Part shown: positions 24,455 through 33,626 of the stretch, in pieces
How positions within the stretch are numbered: the stretch's first letter is position 1
How the letters are laid out: each line of letters opens with the position of its first letter
Translations under genes and position numbers: made by a program
The notes under the pieces: model-generated
Told to the model about the DNA's origin: nothing
Databases searched by the model: none
The model's input: the letters and a program-made list of their open reading frames with translations, nothing else
Virus record (IMG/VR): IMGVR_UViG_3300033487_000029
Coordinates: 1-33,626 of that record
Strand: one strand, 5' to 3'
DNA from: a virus
Lineage: Duplodnaviria > Caudoviricetes
DNA: 33,626 nucleotides

Positions 24455-26313
24455 TGCCTCGAGTCCCGATCATTGACGAGCCCTCCCTTCGTTCGGCCCC
24501 ACTCCCCTCGTTCCGGCAGAATCTACGGTTCGAGCCCGGGCAGGCTGGGCAGGCCATCAAGGCTACAGGGCAGATGGTCGGTCAGGTCTGGAATGCGGTC
24601 GCCGAGGAGAAACAGAAGGCGGACGCGGCTCGAGCGGTTGAGGAGTTGGGGGCGTTCACCCGAGAGGCCGATGCGGAGTTGTTCGACCCCACGGTAGATG
24701 AGGCGTCGAAGCAACCCAAAGGCTACACCCTGAAGCGCGGCAAGGTGGCGTTTGCCGACCGGGACAACACCCAAGGCCGGATCGACGCGCTTGTCGAGCA
24801 GCACGCGGCCAACCTCGTGAACGATGATCAGAAGGCGGCCTTTCTGGCACAGGCGCGCGAGAAAGTCAATAGCTACTCGCGACAAATCCAGGTTCATGCC
24901 GGGCGCGAGGCCGAGAACGCGCAGAGCCAAGCCTACAAGATCAACCGGGAAGCCGGGCTACAACACGTCGCCAGCTTCGCCGACGATCCGGCTGGCAGGA
25001 CTGAAGGGATCGAGTCAGTCACGGCGGCGGCCGACGCAGAGGCTATCACGCTTGGACTGGACCCGGAGGCTCGGGAGAAGTGGGTCAGGATCGCCGAGAC
25101 GGACGCTAGGGTGTCCGCGCTCAACTCCCTACTCTCTCGCGGCAACATCCGGGAAGCGGAGTCCTTCTATGCCGCCTCGAAAGACAAGCTCGGCGACAAA
25201 GGAGACCGGATTGCGCGCCAGATCGAGGAACTCCGGATCGCCAACGTGGTCGAGCAGAAGGCAAGCGAGATCGTCGCTGCGTCCCTGATCCCCGGCACGT
25301 CTTGGGCGGCGGTCGGAAAGGCTCAGGCGGCCGTCGAGGCGATGAAGGACGTGAGGCCCGAGGAGAAGCAGAAGATCCGGCAACTTGTCGAGCACCAAGT
25401 AGCGAAGCTCGAGCAGACGCGGACGGACGCGGCCGAGCGCTACATGTCTTATGGGCTCACCGTCTACAATGAAACGGGGACCCTGCAGTCGCCGGCCATG
25501 GCTCCTGTTCGAGCGTGGTTGCTCGACCCGGTGAACGGAGCGGCAAACTACTGGCAGAGAATCGTCAACGTCGACGATCAGCGGAAGGCGTTGGGGCGGA
25601 CCTCGAGCGCCGAAGAGCGCCGAGCTCAAGCTGAAGCAAACGCCCTCGTTCGCGCCGAGTACCTAGCCCTTCCTCCCGGCGTTCAGGTCCGGACCGACAT
25701 TGATGCGAAGTACGCCGGCCGAGCCGATGACACTACTCTCTACGACTTGAAGCGCATTCAGAACGCCAGCAAGAAAGTGGTTGACGGCGGCGGACTCGCA
25801 AGTGAGACGGAGTTTCAGCGGTTCGCCACGAAGGCCGCGAAGGATGCCAAACTCCCAAAGGACGTGGCGGCCGACTTCGTCATGTCGATCGCGGACTGGC
25901 GGGTCAAGTATCTCGAGGACCATGACGGTCAGGAGCCGACCCGTGCAGAGATGAAGGCGGCGGTCGCCGATCAACTCTTGTTCGGGGAGCGCGCCGAAGG
26001 CGAGGGAGTCAAGGGCTGGTTCCAACCGAACCGATACAAGTTCCAGGCCGAGGAGAAGGGCGAAAAGTTCGTCCCATTCCCGGCCGAGGAGCAACCGTAC
26101 ATGGGGGCAAAAGCCGAGCAGTACCGGCAGACGGCGGCCAACAAAGAAGAGCTCGGGGCGGTTCCGCTTCCGTCCGCGCCCTCTCCATCGGTCCCTGTCG
26201 GTCCCACGGCGGCGCAAAAGGCCGAGATCAAGGCTACCTTTGAGGCCCGCGGCAAGAAGCCCACAGAAGAGCAGATTCTTCGGGTGTGGCGCGCTCGGGA
26301 GGGCATTGAATGA
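24454..26313 (+). CDS. Internal virion protein C-like (gp15-like ejection protein)
   Basis: 619 aa, predicted helical; MPRVP start; synteny with neighbouring ejection genes. Confidence 0.75.
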   Translation: MPRVPIIDEPSLRSAPLPSFRQNLRFEPGQAGQAIKATGQMVGQVWNAVAEEKQKADAARAVEELGAFTREADAELFDPTVDEASKQPKGYTLKRGKVAFADRDNTQGRIDALVEQHAANLVNDDQKAAFLAQAREKVNSYSRQIQVHAGREAENAQSQAYKINREAGLQHVASFADDPAGRTEGIESVTAAADAEAITLGLDPEAREKWVRIAETDARVSALNSLLSRGNIREAESFYAASKDKLGDKGDRIARQIEELRIANVVEQKASEIVAASLIPGTSWAAVGKAQAAVEAMKDVRPEEKQKIRQLVEHQVAKLEQTRTDAAERYMSYGLTVYNETGTLQSPAMAPVRAWLLDPVNGAANYWQRIVNVDDQRKALGRTSSAEERRAQAEANALVRAEYLALPPGVQVRTDIDAKYAGRADDTTLYDLKRIQNASKKVVDGGGLASETEFQRFATKAAKDAKLPKDVAADFVMSIADWRVKYLEDHDGQEPTRAEMKAAVADQLLFGERAEGEGVKGWFQPNRYKFQAEEKGEKFVPFPAEEQPYMGAKAEQYRQTAANKEELGAVPLPSAPSPSVPVGPTAAQKAEIKATFEARGKKPTEEQILRVWRAREGIE

Positions 26314-29300
26314 CGCGCTCTCTCGATGACGCGGTGGATCAAGTCCTAGCAGAGGACTCGGGAGCTCCGGCCGGAGGCGGCGATCTGGGTGTCACGGAGC
26401 CCCTTCCGAAGGGACCGGTTACCGAACCTCTCCGGATGGTCCGCGAGCCTAAGGGCGCTCTACTTGAGAAGGCGAAAGAGGCCGCGCGATCGGCTAGCAT
26501 GCAGGCGGTCGATACCGAAGTCCAGAAGAGTTCCCTCGATGCTGCGGTCGACAACGTCATCGAGGAAGATGAGTCAGCGCTTGACGGGCAGATCGGTGCG
26601 TTGCATGAGGCGAGTCTGACCCGGAACCCAACCGATCACGCGGCCGTGCTCGACATCGCGAAGCGGACAGGGATCGGTGCCGATATCGTCGAGCAGAAGT
26701 TGCCCGAGTTCCGCCAGAAAATGCAGGCGGCAGGGTTCGACGCGAGGAAGTTTCGCGAGGACAATCCGGCACTTGCTCAACTTCTCCTCGAGAACCCGGA
26801 ACTCGGTCCGGTCGCGTTTCACGACAAGAGCATCCCAGTTCTGACCCAGGCCCTTCGGTTCGCTGGTTCGTTCTTCCGGCCCGAGATCGTGATGGGGACC
26901 GAACCAGTCCAGACGGAGGCTGGCGAGTCCATCCCGGTGGATGTGACCAAGGAAGGGCTGCCGACCTACCCGACTCCGACAGGCCGGAAGGTGTTCCGTG
27001 AAGGGAAGTGGGTAGAGCAAGAGCCGATGGTCGAGAGCCCGCTTGCGACCGATGCCAGCGCCGCTGGCCCGCGCCCGGGCGATCGCCTTCAGCGCATGGT
27101 CGCCGAGACCTTCGCGCAGGGACAGAAGACGGTCGAGCTCGGCCGGCTCGGGTCGGAACTCATGGACCGGCGCAAGATGGGGCTCGATACCTGGGACCTC
27201 GAGAAAAAGGTCGCCGACATCCAGAATCAGGCCGGCCAGCGCTGGTACAACGCGGGGCCGTTCGAGCAGCTCGCACTTGATGCAGCGGAGCTCCTACCCT
27301 CCTCGCTGTCGGCCCTCAAGGGCGCAGGAGTAGGAGCGGGCCTAGCGGGCGGCGCGGTCGGAGCGGTAGCGCTCGCGGCTACAAAGAGCCCGGCGATTGC
27401 GGGCCGTGCGGCCTTGAAGGCGGCGGCGGTCGGGTCGCGGCCTGGGGTGTTCCTGGCCGCAAGAACCCTAGAACGCGGGACATGGTACCTCGACAATCTT
27501 GGCACGAAAACTGACGATGGGAAGGTAATCCCTGAGCCTGTCATCCGCGGCATGGCGGAAATGTATGGCATCAATTCGGCTCTCATAGAGACCGCATTTT
27601 TCCCGGCCGCCATGAAGATGTTTGGTCCAGTTGGCGATGCGATGGCGGCCGGTACCGGGAAGGCTTTCTTCGCGGGACTCCTTCGGAACCCGGCAGCACG
27701 GCAGGTTTTTGCAGACTTCGCCAAACGCGGGCTTGGCGGAGCGATCGCGGAAGGAAAAGAGGAAGCCCTTCAGAACGTTGTGGGCGACGCGATCGGTTGG
27801 ATGATGAAGGTCTACGCGGCCTCTCCCAACCTTCTCCCTTGGAACGTAGTTCCCCAGAAAGCCGACCCTGTCGCGTCGATGGAAGACGCGATCGCGGCTG
27901 GTACCAAGGCGTTCAAGGGTTCACTGATCCCGGGCCTTGCGGGCGGCTCGGTCAACCTTGGCACTACGGTTGCAATGGACATGTACCAAAGGGACCTGGC
28001 GCACGCATCCGGCGCGAAGGTTGCAGCGCTCGCGCAGGTGGCCGAGACGAGCGAGACCGCTCGGGCGGCGCCGCAGGTCATCGCCGAGATGGTCCAGCGC
28101 GAGACTGAGCGGAGCGGCGAGAAGGTCTCTAACCTGTACGTCGATGCGCAGGCCTTCGATCGGCTCTTCCAGGGCGGCGAGCAGACGAGCGAGCAGGCCA
28201 TCGTCGAACTCATGGGCGAGGAGGGCCCACAGAAGCTTAAGGAAGCGTTGCAGGGCGGCAGCCAGGGCCGACTCGAGATACCGGTCGGCGACTACCTGGA
28301 GAAGTGGGGCGGGAAGAAGATCGCCAAAGCGCTCGCCGAGGATACGACCACGCGGCCGGGCCTGCTCACTGTTCGCGAGCAGGTATCGCAGGACAAGGAG
28401 ATCGAGACCCGTCGCAAGGCGCTTGTGGCCGAGTACACGGCCGAGAACGCTCCGGCGCCTGAAAGTACGGCAGAGCAGCGGCTAGTCGAGGCGGTAGGCG
28501 CTCAACTCGCCAATACCGGCGTCTACAAGCCGGCCGAAGCAAAGCAGGCCGTGTCGCTTACAAGGGCCTTCCTGCGCACTCAGGCCGAGGTCGCGGGAGT
28601 CGACCCGGACACCCTTTTCAGCGACTACGCCCTGACGGTCGAGCGCGAGTCGCAAGCCGCGCGGCCGACAACGGCCCTCACCCAGCAACCTGCCGAGCAG
28701 ATGGTGCCCCCTACGGTCGAGGAACAGGACCGGGCTCGGTGGGCCGCTCTTCCGGCCACACAGCGCGAGCGCGAGATGTTCATTGACCCTGGGACAGGGC
28801 TCCGGAATGAGCGAGCTTTCGCGGCCATGCCGGCCGATCCCTCGCGGCCGATGGTAGCTCACATCTCCGTCGAAGGTGTGAAGTACGCGAACAAGGCCGG
28901 TCATGAGGTCGGGAACGCGCTCTATGCGGCGGCGGCTCATGCGCTCGCTGGGGTCGTTTCGGATGTGGCGAAGGTCAAGGGTGACTTCGCGGTCCGCGTC
29001 AAGGATGAAGCTGAGCTTGCGGACATCCTGAAACGCGCGAACGAGGCCATGCCGGCGCAGGGGTTCGCCATAACTGGAGCGCTCGGGTCCACATTGAAAG
29101 AGGCGCAGGACGCGAATATCGCCCAGAAGACGGCGGCCGAGGAAGCGGGAACGCGGTCGGTGCGCGGAAAGAGGCCGAAGGGGCTTCCGTCTCGTTCATT
29201 CCGAGAGTTCCTGCGCGAGGTCTGGCAGGGCCCGCGGCCGGACGTGGTCTCGGCTCACCTTGCAGCCGTCGAGGGTACGGTCATTGACTACACCCTAAAG

Positions 29301-32300
29301 GCCGCGTTCCGGGCTATGCCTGAGGAAGAGAGCTTCAAGGCGGTCCACATCGACCCCACGACCGGGTTCCTGTCTCAGCAGGGCTTTAAGGCGCGACCGG
29401 CAAAGGCTCACGTCGTGTCGCTCGATCTGAATAAGCTCAAGAAAATCAACAACCTGTTCGGTGACGCTGGCGGAGATGCGTTTCTAGCCGCATTCGCAAA
29501 AACGGCCAGGAACCTTGGGGTTCACGACTTCGACTTCGCTCACTTCTCGGGTGACGAGTACGCGGCCCAATCGGATGACCCGGTCCTTCTCCAGGCCCTC
29601 ATTGACGACCTAGGCGAAAGGTGTGATAATGTAAGCGTCAAGATGCCGGACGGTACGATCCTGAAAGGGATCACGTTCGGATACGGGATCGGGGCCGACT
29701 ATGCCACAGCCGACAAAGCCGTCGAAGCCCACAAACGCCGGGGAGTGGGACGGGAAAGAAAAGCCCGTGGCGATCGTGATCGGAGACGAGGAAATACCAA
29801 CCGCGGGGCTCTCGGCGGAAGAGTTGAGCAAGCGGCTCGAGGCGGCGTTCGCGAAGCTGGATCGGAAGATCTTAGCCAAGCGACGGCGATAGGCCCCCGG
29901 CTCGCGCAGCCCGCCTACCACGGCAGTCCTCATCGGTTCTCACGGTTCACGCTTGATCACATCGGGACAGGAGAAGGCAACCAGTCGTACGGGTGGGGTC
30001 TGTACTTCGCGGGCCGTGAAGACGTGGGGGAACGCTATCGGCGTCGCTTAGTAGGTCGTGGTGCAGAAGAGGGCGAGGAGCGGTTTTCAGGTGTCACTTA
30101 TAAAGGACGGTATATCGACGCAACTGTTCCGGCTGCACAGTTGTCGGCCGAAGATAGTGCAGTCATACAATACGCTCTCTCGAACAACAATCTCGCCATA
30201 GCGCTCGAAGAAGCACGAGACATGGCGAGGCTCACTGACCTAAAACGCGATCGAGAGGTCGTCTCGGTCCTAGAACGATTTGATTCAACGGGAGAGATTT
30301 TTGGTCAGGTTCGGAAGGAATATGGACAGACCTATAAAGTCGACATCCCGGCAGACTCGGAATTCCTGTCCTACGACAAGCCGATCTCCGAGCAGTCGCC
30401 CGCGATTCAGAAGAAACTCGCTCCGATTATGGAGGCCGTGAAACAGCACCATCTCGCTGGCATCGCGGAATACGAAGGTAGCGAAGAATACGAAGAGGCG
30501 GCCAAAGAGCAGATAACCGGATTCTCGGTGTATTCAGCGCTCGAGGATGATGCGCGGTCGCAGGGGCCGTTGACTGCCGAGGCTCGCAAGACTGCACAAA
30601 GCTCGGCCGAGGCTGCATCACGCACACTCCTCACCCTCGGCATTCCCGGTCTCCGCTATCTCGATCAGGGCTCCCGTGCCGCAGGTGAGGGCACGCACAA
30701 CTACGTCATTTGGGACGAAAGCGCAATCAGGGATCTGGAAACCTTCTACCAGGGCGCGCGCGGCTACGTCGATCGCATGCGGGAGGGGATGAAGAAGATC
30801 TTCCGCGTCGTCCTCACCGACAAGGCCGACCTGTCGACGTTCCTGCACGAGTCGTCTCACGTCTTCCTCGACGTGATGGGGGATCTCGCGGCCCGCCCCG
30901 AGGCGACTGAGCGACTGCGGGCGGACTGGGCGAAAACACTTGAATGGCTTGGCGCGAAGGACGCGAGCGAGATCACGATCGAGCAGCATGAGAAGTGGGC
31001 CCGCGCGTTCGAGACCTACCTCCGCGAGGGCAAGGCTCCGAGCGCGGCGCTCGCTGGCGCATTCCAGCGATTCAAGCTGTGGCTGACCCAGATCTACCGC
31101 GCGCTCGCTCCTGGCGATCTCGATGACGAGATCCGGCAGGTCTTCGATCGCATGCTCGCCACGGATGAGGAGATCGCCCGTATGCGTCGAGCGATGGGCG
31201 CGGAACGGTCGCTCTTCCGGACCCCCGAGGAAGCCGGCATGACGGCGGCCGAGTTCCAGGCCTACCTGGACTCGAAAGAGAAGGCCTTCTCAAGGGCGAC
31301 CGAACAGACCCAGCGCCGAGTACTCAAGGATCAGATCCAGGCGACGCGGTCCGTGCTGAAGGCCGAGCGCTTGAAGGCCCTAGAGGACGCAGGCCGCGAG
31401 TACGACGCACGGACCGAGGTAGTGGCGGTCGCCTTCCTAAAGGATGGCCAGGCGGGCGAGAATGAAGCCCTGAAAGCGCTCCTATCTGAAGCCGGAACGA
31501 AAGTCGGTCTCGACCTCAACGCGGTCTCGGCTGTGGTCGGCGAAGACGTGTTGAAGACCGCCTTCCGCGGGCTCACTGAAGCGGGTGGCTTGGCTCCTGA
31601 CGAGCTTGCGGAGATGGTGGGCGCTCCGGACGGTGAGACGCTCGTGAAGGCGATCGCCGAGCGGCCGGACAAGGTCGAGTGGTCAAGGAAGCGTGCGGAT
31701 GAACTTCTCGCCGAGCGCGCTCCTGACCTGGCGGCCGAGCAAGAGCGCCTCTCGAATGCGGCGGCCGAGGCGCTTCACGAGGAAGGGAACTCCGACTGGC
31801 TCCTGAAGGAATGGCAGGCACTCCGGCAGCGACGCGGCGGCGAGCAGGGGCAGGCGCCGCTTGAGGCGATCCGACTCGCAGCGCGGGACATCGTCGATGC
31901 GACTCCGGTGGGTCGGCTGTATCCCGGGCGCGTCCTTGCGGCGGAGCGCTCGGCGGCCAACAAGGCGGCCACGGCGGCGGCCAAGGGTGACTGGAAGCTT
32001 GCGGCGGTCGAGAAGCAAAAACAGGTGCTCAACCACTACCTGCACCGCGAGACGACCAAGGCGCTCGAAAACCGCGACCGACTGGAGAAGCTCGCCGGCA
32101 AACTCACCGACCGGAAACGGCGGGAAGCCATCGGAAAGGGCGGCAAGTCCTTTCTTGACGCGACCGACACGATCCTCGAAGCGCTGGGGTTCAAAGAGCC
32201 TGAGACGAACCAAGCTGCGTTGAACGATCGCGCGACTACTCCCGAGTGGATGAAGGCCCTCGAAGAGCAAGGCCTCCTCCCAGCGTTCGCCGGGGACCGT

Positions 32301-33626
32301 CTCTCGGCCATCCTATCGCGACCTCCCGCGTCCTGGCGCGACCTCGCTGTTGCCGACGCGGAGATGATTCGGACCGCGCTCTCTCAGCTCTGGACCGCGG
32401 CCCGGGACGTGAACCAGGTGATGTTGCTCGGCCAGCGCGTCCAGATCGAGGAGGTCATTCGGCAGATCGGCGAGGATACCAAGGATCTACCGAGACAGCC
32501 ACGGCCCCCGGCTTCCGACTCGCAACGTACGGTCTGGTACCGCGGGAAGCAACTCTGGCAGGGCATCTCAGCGGCCTTGCTCGATCCCGAGCAGATGTTC
32601 CGCGACATGGGCGAGACCGCTCGGCGACTATTCTGGGACCGGTACACGGAGCAACGGGCCATTGAAGACGGTTTGGCCGAACACGTCCTGAAGTTCTTCA
32701 TGGAGAAGTGGGAAGCCATGCCGGGCGAGCTTCAGGCCAGGAAGCACGACCTTCTCCCGGCCTCGGAACTCGCGAAGCTTCCATACCCCGACGACGTGCG
32801 GCGAGACGGCGCTCTACGCGATCGGGCTTGGATGTACATGCTCGCCCTCAACATGGGCAACCGGTCGAACATGGAGCGGCTGCTCGGCGGCTACGGCTGG
32901 GATGAGCAGACGGTGCGCGCCTTCCTGGCGAAGAACATGAAGTCCGAGGAATGGGACTTCGTCGAGGGCGTCTGGAAGCTCATGGATGACGAGCTCTATC
33001 CCGCCATGGCGAAGCAGTACGAGCTCGCGAACGGAGCCAAACCGGACAAGATCGAGGCGCTCCCGTTCGTGCTCCCTGATGGGCGGGTGATCCGGGGTGG
33101 CTACTTCCCTGCTCGCTACGACCCGATCGCTTCGAGGCTCGGCGCCGAGCAGCGCGAGGAGGCCCTTACGAAGCTCAACGCTGGACCGTCCGCGCAAGCC
33201 ACCATCATGAAGAGCTTCACCAAGGGCCGCACAAAAACCTACACGGACGTGATCAACCTCCAGTGGGCCGAGGTGCCGCGCCATGTCGCGCAGGTGATCC
33301 ATTACGTCGCCTTCGACTCGTACATCCGAGACGCGGGCCGTGTGCTCGCCGGAATGCAGGGTGTGGTGGGAGATCGCTTGGGCGAGAAGTACTACACGCA
33401 GATGAAGCAGTGGTTGCGTGTGGTGGCGTCGCCCACGGCCGAGCTCGATCCTGAGCACCTTCGAGACGTGAACTGGTTCCTTGGCGAGCTTCGGTCTCGG
33501 TTCGTGACTTCTACGTTGGGCTTCTCTCTTTCGGTCGCGGCTGGCGACCTGACAAACGCCTTCGTCGCGATGGCGGGCGGTAGGACAAAGGCGCGGTTCG
33601 CGCTCCCGGCTGTCGTGATGGGCCTC
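26310..33626 (+). CDS. Giant internal virion/ejection polyvalent protein (>=2439 aa, 3' truncated): tandem GGDEF-like, ART-like and HExxH domains
   Basis: ATG 26310 overlaps the upstream TGA. No stop in the stretches I translated, and its absence from the ORF track implies it is open to the window end. Contains a Gly/Ala hydrophobic segment (~27320-27460), GGDEF-like domains (28776-29140, 29346-29742), an ART-like domain (29913-30720) and ADLSTFLHESSH...HEKWARAFETYLREGKAP (30825-31040). Confidence 0.9.
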   Translation, partial: MTRSLDDAVDQVLAEDSGAPAGGGDLGVTEPLPKGPVTEPLRMVREPKGALLEKAKEAARSASMQAVDTEVQKSSLDAAVDNVIEEDESALDGQIGALHEASLTRNPTDHAAVLDIAKRTGIGADIVEQKLPEFRQKMQAAGFDARKFREDNPALAQLLLENPELGPVAFHDKSIPVLTQALRFAGSFFRPEIVMGTEPVQTEAGESIPVDVTKEGLPTYPTPTGRKVFREGKWVEQEPMVESPLATDASAAGPRPGDRLQRMVAETFAQGQKTVELGRLGSELMDRRKMGLDTWDLEKKVADIQNQAGQRWYNAGPFEQLALDAAELLPSSLSALKGAGVGAGLAGGAVGAVALAATKSPAIAGRAALKAAAVGSRPGVFLAARTLERGTWYLDNLGTKTDDGKVIPEPVIRGMAEMYGINSALIETAFFPAAMKMFGPVGDAMAAGTGKAFFAGLLRNPAARQVFADFAKRGLGGAIAEGKEEALQNVVGDAIGWMMKVYAASPNLLPWNVVPQKADPVASMEDAIAAGTKAFKGSLIPGLAGGSVNLGTTVAMDMYQRDLAHASGAKVAALAQVAETSETARAAPQVIAEMVQRETERSGEKVSNLYVDAQAFDRLFQGGEQTSEQAIVELMGEEGPQKLKEALQGGSQGRLEIPVGDYLEKWGGKKIAKALAEDTTTRPGLLTVREQVSQDKEIETRRKALVAEYTAENAPAPESTAEQRLVEAVGAQLANTGVYKPAEAKQAVSLTRAFLRTQAEVAGVDPDTLFSDYALTVERESQAARPTTALTQQPAEQMVPPTVEEQDRARWAALPATQREREMFIDPGTGLRNERAFAAMPADPSRPMVAHISVEGVKYANKAGHEVGNALYAAAAHALAGVVSDVAKVKGDFAVRVKDEAELADILKRANEAMPAQGFAITGALGSTLKEAQDANIAQKTAAEEAGTRSVRGKRPKGLPSRSFREFLREVWQGPRPDVVSAHLAAVEGTVIDYTLKAAFRAMPEEESFKAVHIDPTTGFLSQQGFKARPAKAHVVSLDLNKLKKINNLFGDAGGDAFLAAFAKTARNLGVHDFDFAHFSGDEYAAQSDDPVLLQALIDDLGERCDNVSVKMPDGTILKGITFGYGIGADYATADKAVEAHKRRGVGRERKARGDRDRRRGNTNRGALGGRVEQAARGGVREAGSEDLSQATAIGPRLAQPAYHGSPHRFSRFTLDHIGTGEGNQSYGWGLYFAGREDVGERYRRRLVGRGAEEGEERFSGVTYKGRYIDATVPAAQLSAEDSAVIQYALSNNNLAIALEEARDMARLTDLKRDREVVSVLERFDSTGEIFGQVRKEYGQTYKVDIPADSEFLSYDKPISEQSPAIQKKLAPIMEAVKQHHLAGIAEYEGSEEYEEAAKEQITGFSVYSALEDDARSQGPLTAEARKTAQSSAEAASRTLLTLGIPGLRYLDQGSRAAGEGTHNYVIWDESAIRDLETFYQGARGYVDRMREGMKKIFRVVLTDKADLSTFLHESSHVFLDVMGDLAARPEATERLRADWAKTLEWLGAKDASEITIEQHEKWARAFETYLREGKAPSAALAGAFQRFKLWLTQIYRALAPGDLDDEIRQVFDRMLATDEEIARMRRAMGAERSLFRTPEEAGMTAAEFQAYLDSKEKAFSRATEQTQRRVLKDQIQATRSVLKAERLKALEDAGREYDARTEVVAVAFLKDGQAGENEALKALLSEAGTKVGLDLNAVSAVVGEDVLKTAFRGLTEAGGLAPDELAEMVGAPDGETLVKAIAERPDKVEWSRKRADELLAERAPDLAAEQERLSNAAAEALHEEGNSDWLLKEWQALRQRRGGEQGQAPLEAIRLAARDIVDATPVGRLYPGRVLAAERSAANKAATAAAKGDWKLAAVEKQKQVLNHYLHRETTKALENRDRLEKLAGKLTDRKRREAIGKGGKSFLDATDTILEALGFKEPETNQAALNDRATTPEWMKALEEQGLLPAFAGDRLSAILSRPPASWRDLAVADAEMIRTALSQLWTAARDVNQVMLLGQRVQIEEVIRQIGEDTKDLPRQPRPPASDSQRTVWYRGKQLWQGISAALLDPEQMFRDMGETARRLFWDRYTEQRAIEDGLAEHVLKFFMEKWEAMPGELQARKHDLLPASELAKLPYPDDVRRDGALRDRAWMYMLALNMGNRSNMERLLGGYGWDEQTVRAFLAKNMKSEEWDFVEGVWKLMDDELYPAMAKQYELANGAKPDKIEALPFVLPDGRVIRGGYFPARYDPIASRLGAEQREEALTKLNAGPSAQATIMKSFTKGRTKTYTDVINLQWAEVPRHVAQVIHYVAFDSYIRDAGRVLAGMQGVVGDRLGEKYYTQMKQWLRVVASPTAELDPEHLRDVNWFLGELRSRFVTSTLGFSLSVAAGDLTNAFVAMAGGRTKARFALPAVVMGL
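29701..29892 (+). CDS. Nested +1-frame 63-aa protein overprinted inside the giant gene
   Basis: Protein-like sequence (VAIVIG strand, then helix AEELSKRLEAAFAKLDRKIL). The main frame turns Arg/Gly low-complexity and loses its GC3 bias here. RBS is only weak (GGGG). Confidence 0.6.
   Translation: MPQPTKPSKPTNAGEWDGKEKPVAIVIGDEEIPTAGLSAEELSKRLEAAFAKLDRKILAKRRR

Noticed and set aside
29346-29742. Cas10/CRISPR polymerase or class III adenylate cyclase
   Set aside because: Motif order (DxxTG, D-L-N-x-x-K-x-x-N, GD, SGDEY, AD...K) fits GGDEF better; no cas context
30710-30910. Second nested immunity-like ORF after the ART-like domain
   Set aside because: Arg/Gly-rich off-frame composition, and the main frame keeps normal codon bias and conserved motifs
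26389-33458. Many short ORFs suggesting a fragmented or non-coding right end
   Set aside because: Explained by one uninterrupted ORF from 26310; only 29701-29892 shows independent coding signal

Overview
High-GC (roughly 60-65% by eye) fragment of a tailed dsDNA phage with a podovirus-type, BPP-1/T7-like virion module; no integrase, lysis cassette or DNA polymerase is visible in the window. Left part (1-11.2 kb): a (Gly-X)n repeat gene coupled to a DUF6948-like gene, a divergent sigma70 promoter pair with a Cro-like HTH gene, an atypical CAT-anticodon tRNA, a DUF5565/RLIG1-like RNA ligase, a chain of tiny membrane proteins and a RusA-like gene. Next come two arrays of small genes diverging from a ~250-bp imperfect palindrome that carries mirror-image sigma54-type promoters, then a leftward replication module (initiator, nuclease-less HNH derivative, DnaC-like loader). 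Right part (11.2-33.6 kb): terS, terL, portal, Bbp19-like, scaffold, major capsid, cement, tail tubular A/B, a C1q/CBM protein and four internal-virion (ejection) genes. The last of these is missing from the supplied ORF track because it has no stop in the window (26310 to >33626, >=2439 codons). By manual translation it is a polyvalent protein with tandem GGDEF-like domains, an ADP-ribosyltransferase-like domain and an HExxH zincin-like domain. A 63-codon ORF is overprinted in the +1 frame right after the intact GGDEF domain. This candidate injected nucleotide cyclase with a nested putative inhibitor, and the twin sigma54 locus, are the most novel-looking systems. All family calls come from motif recognition by eye, not database searches.
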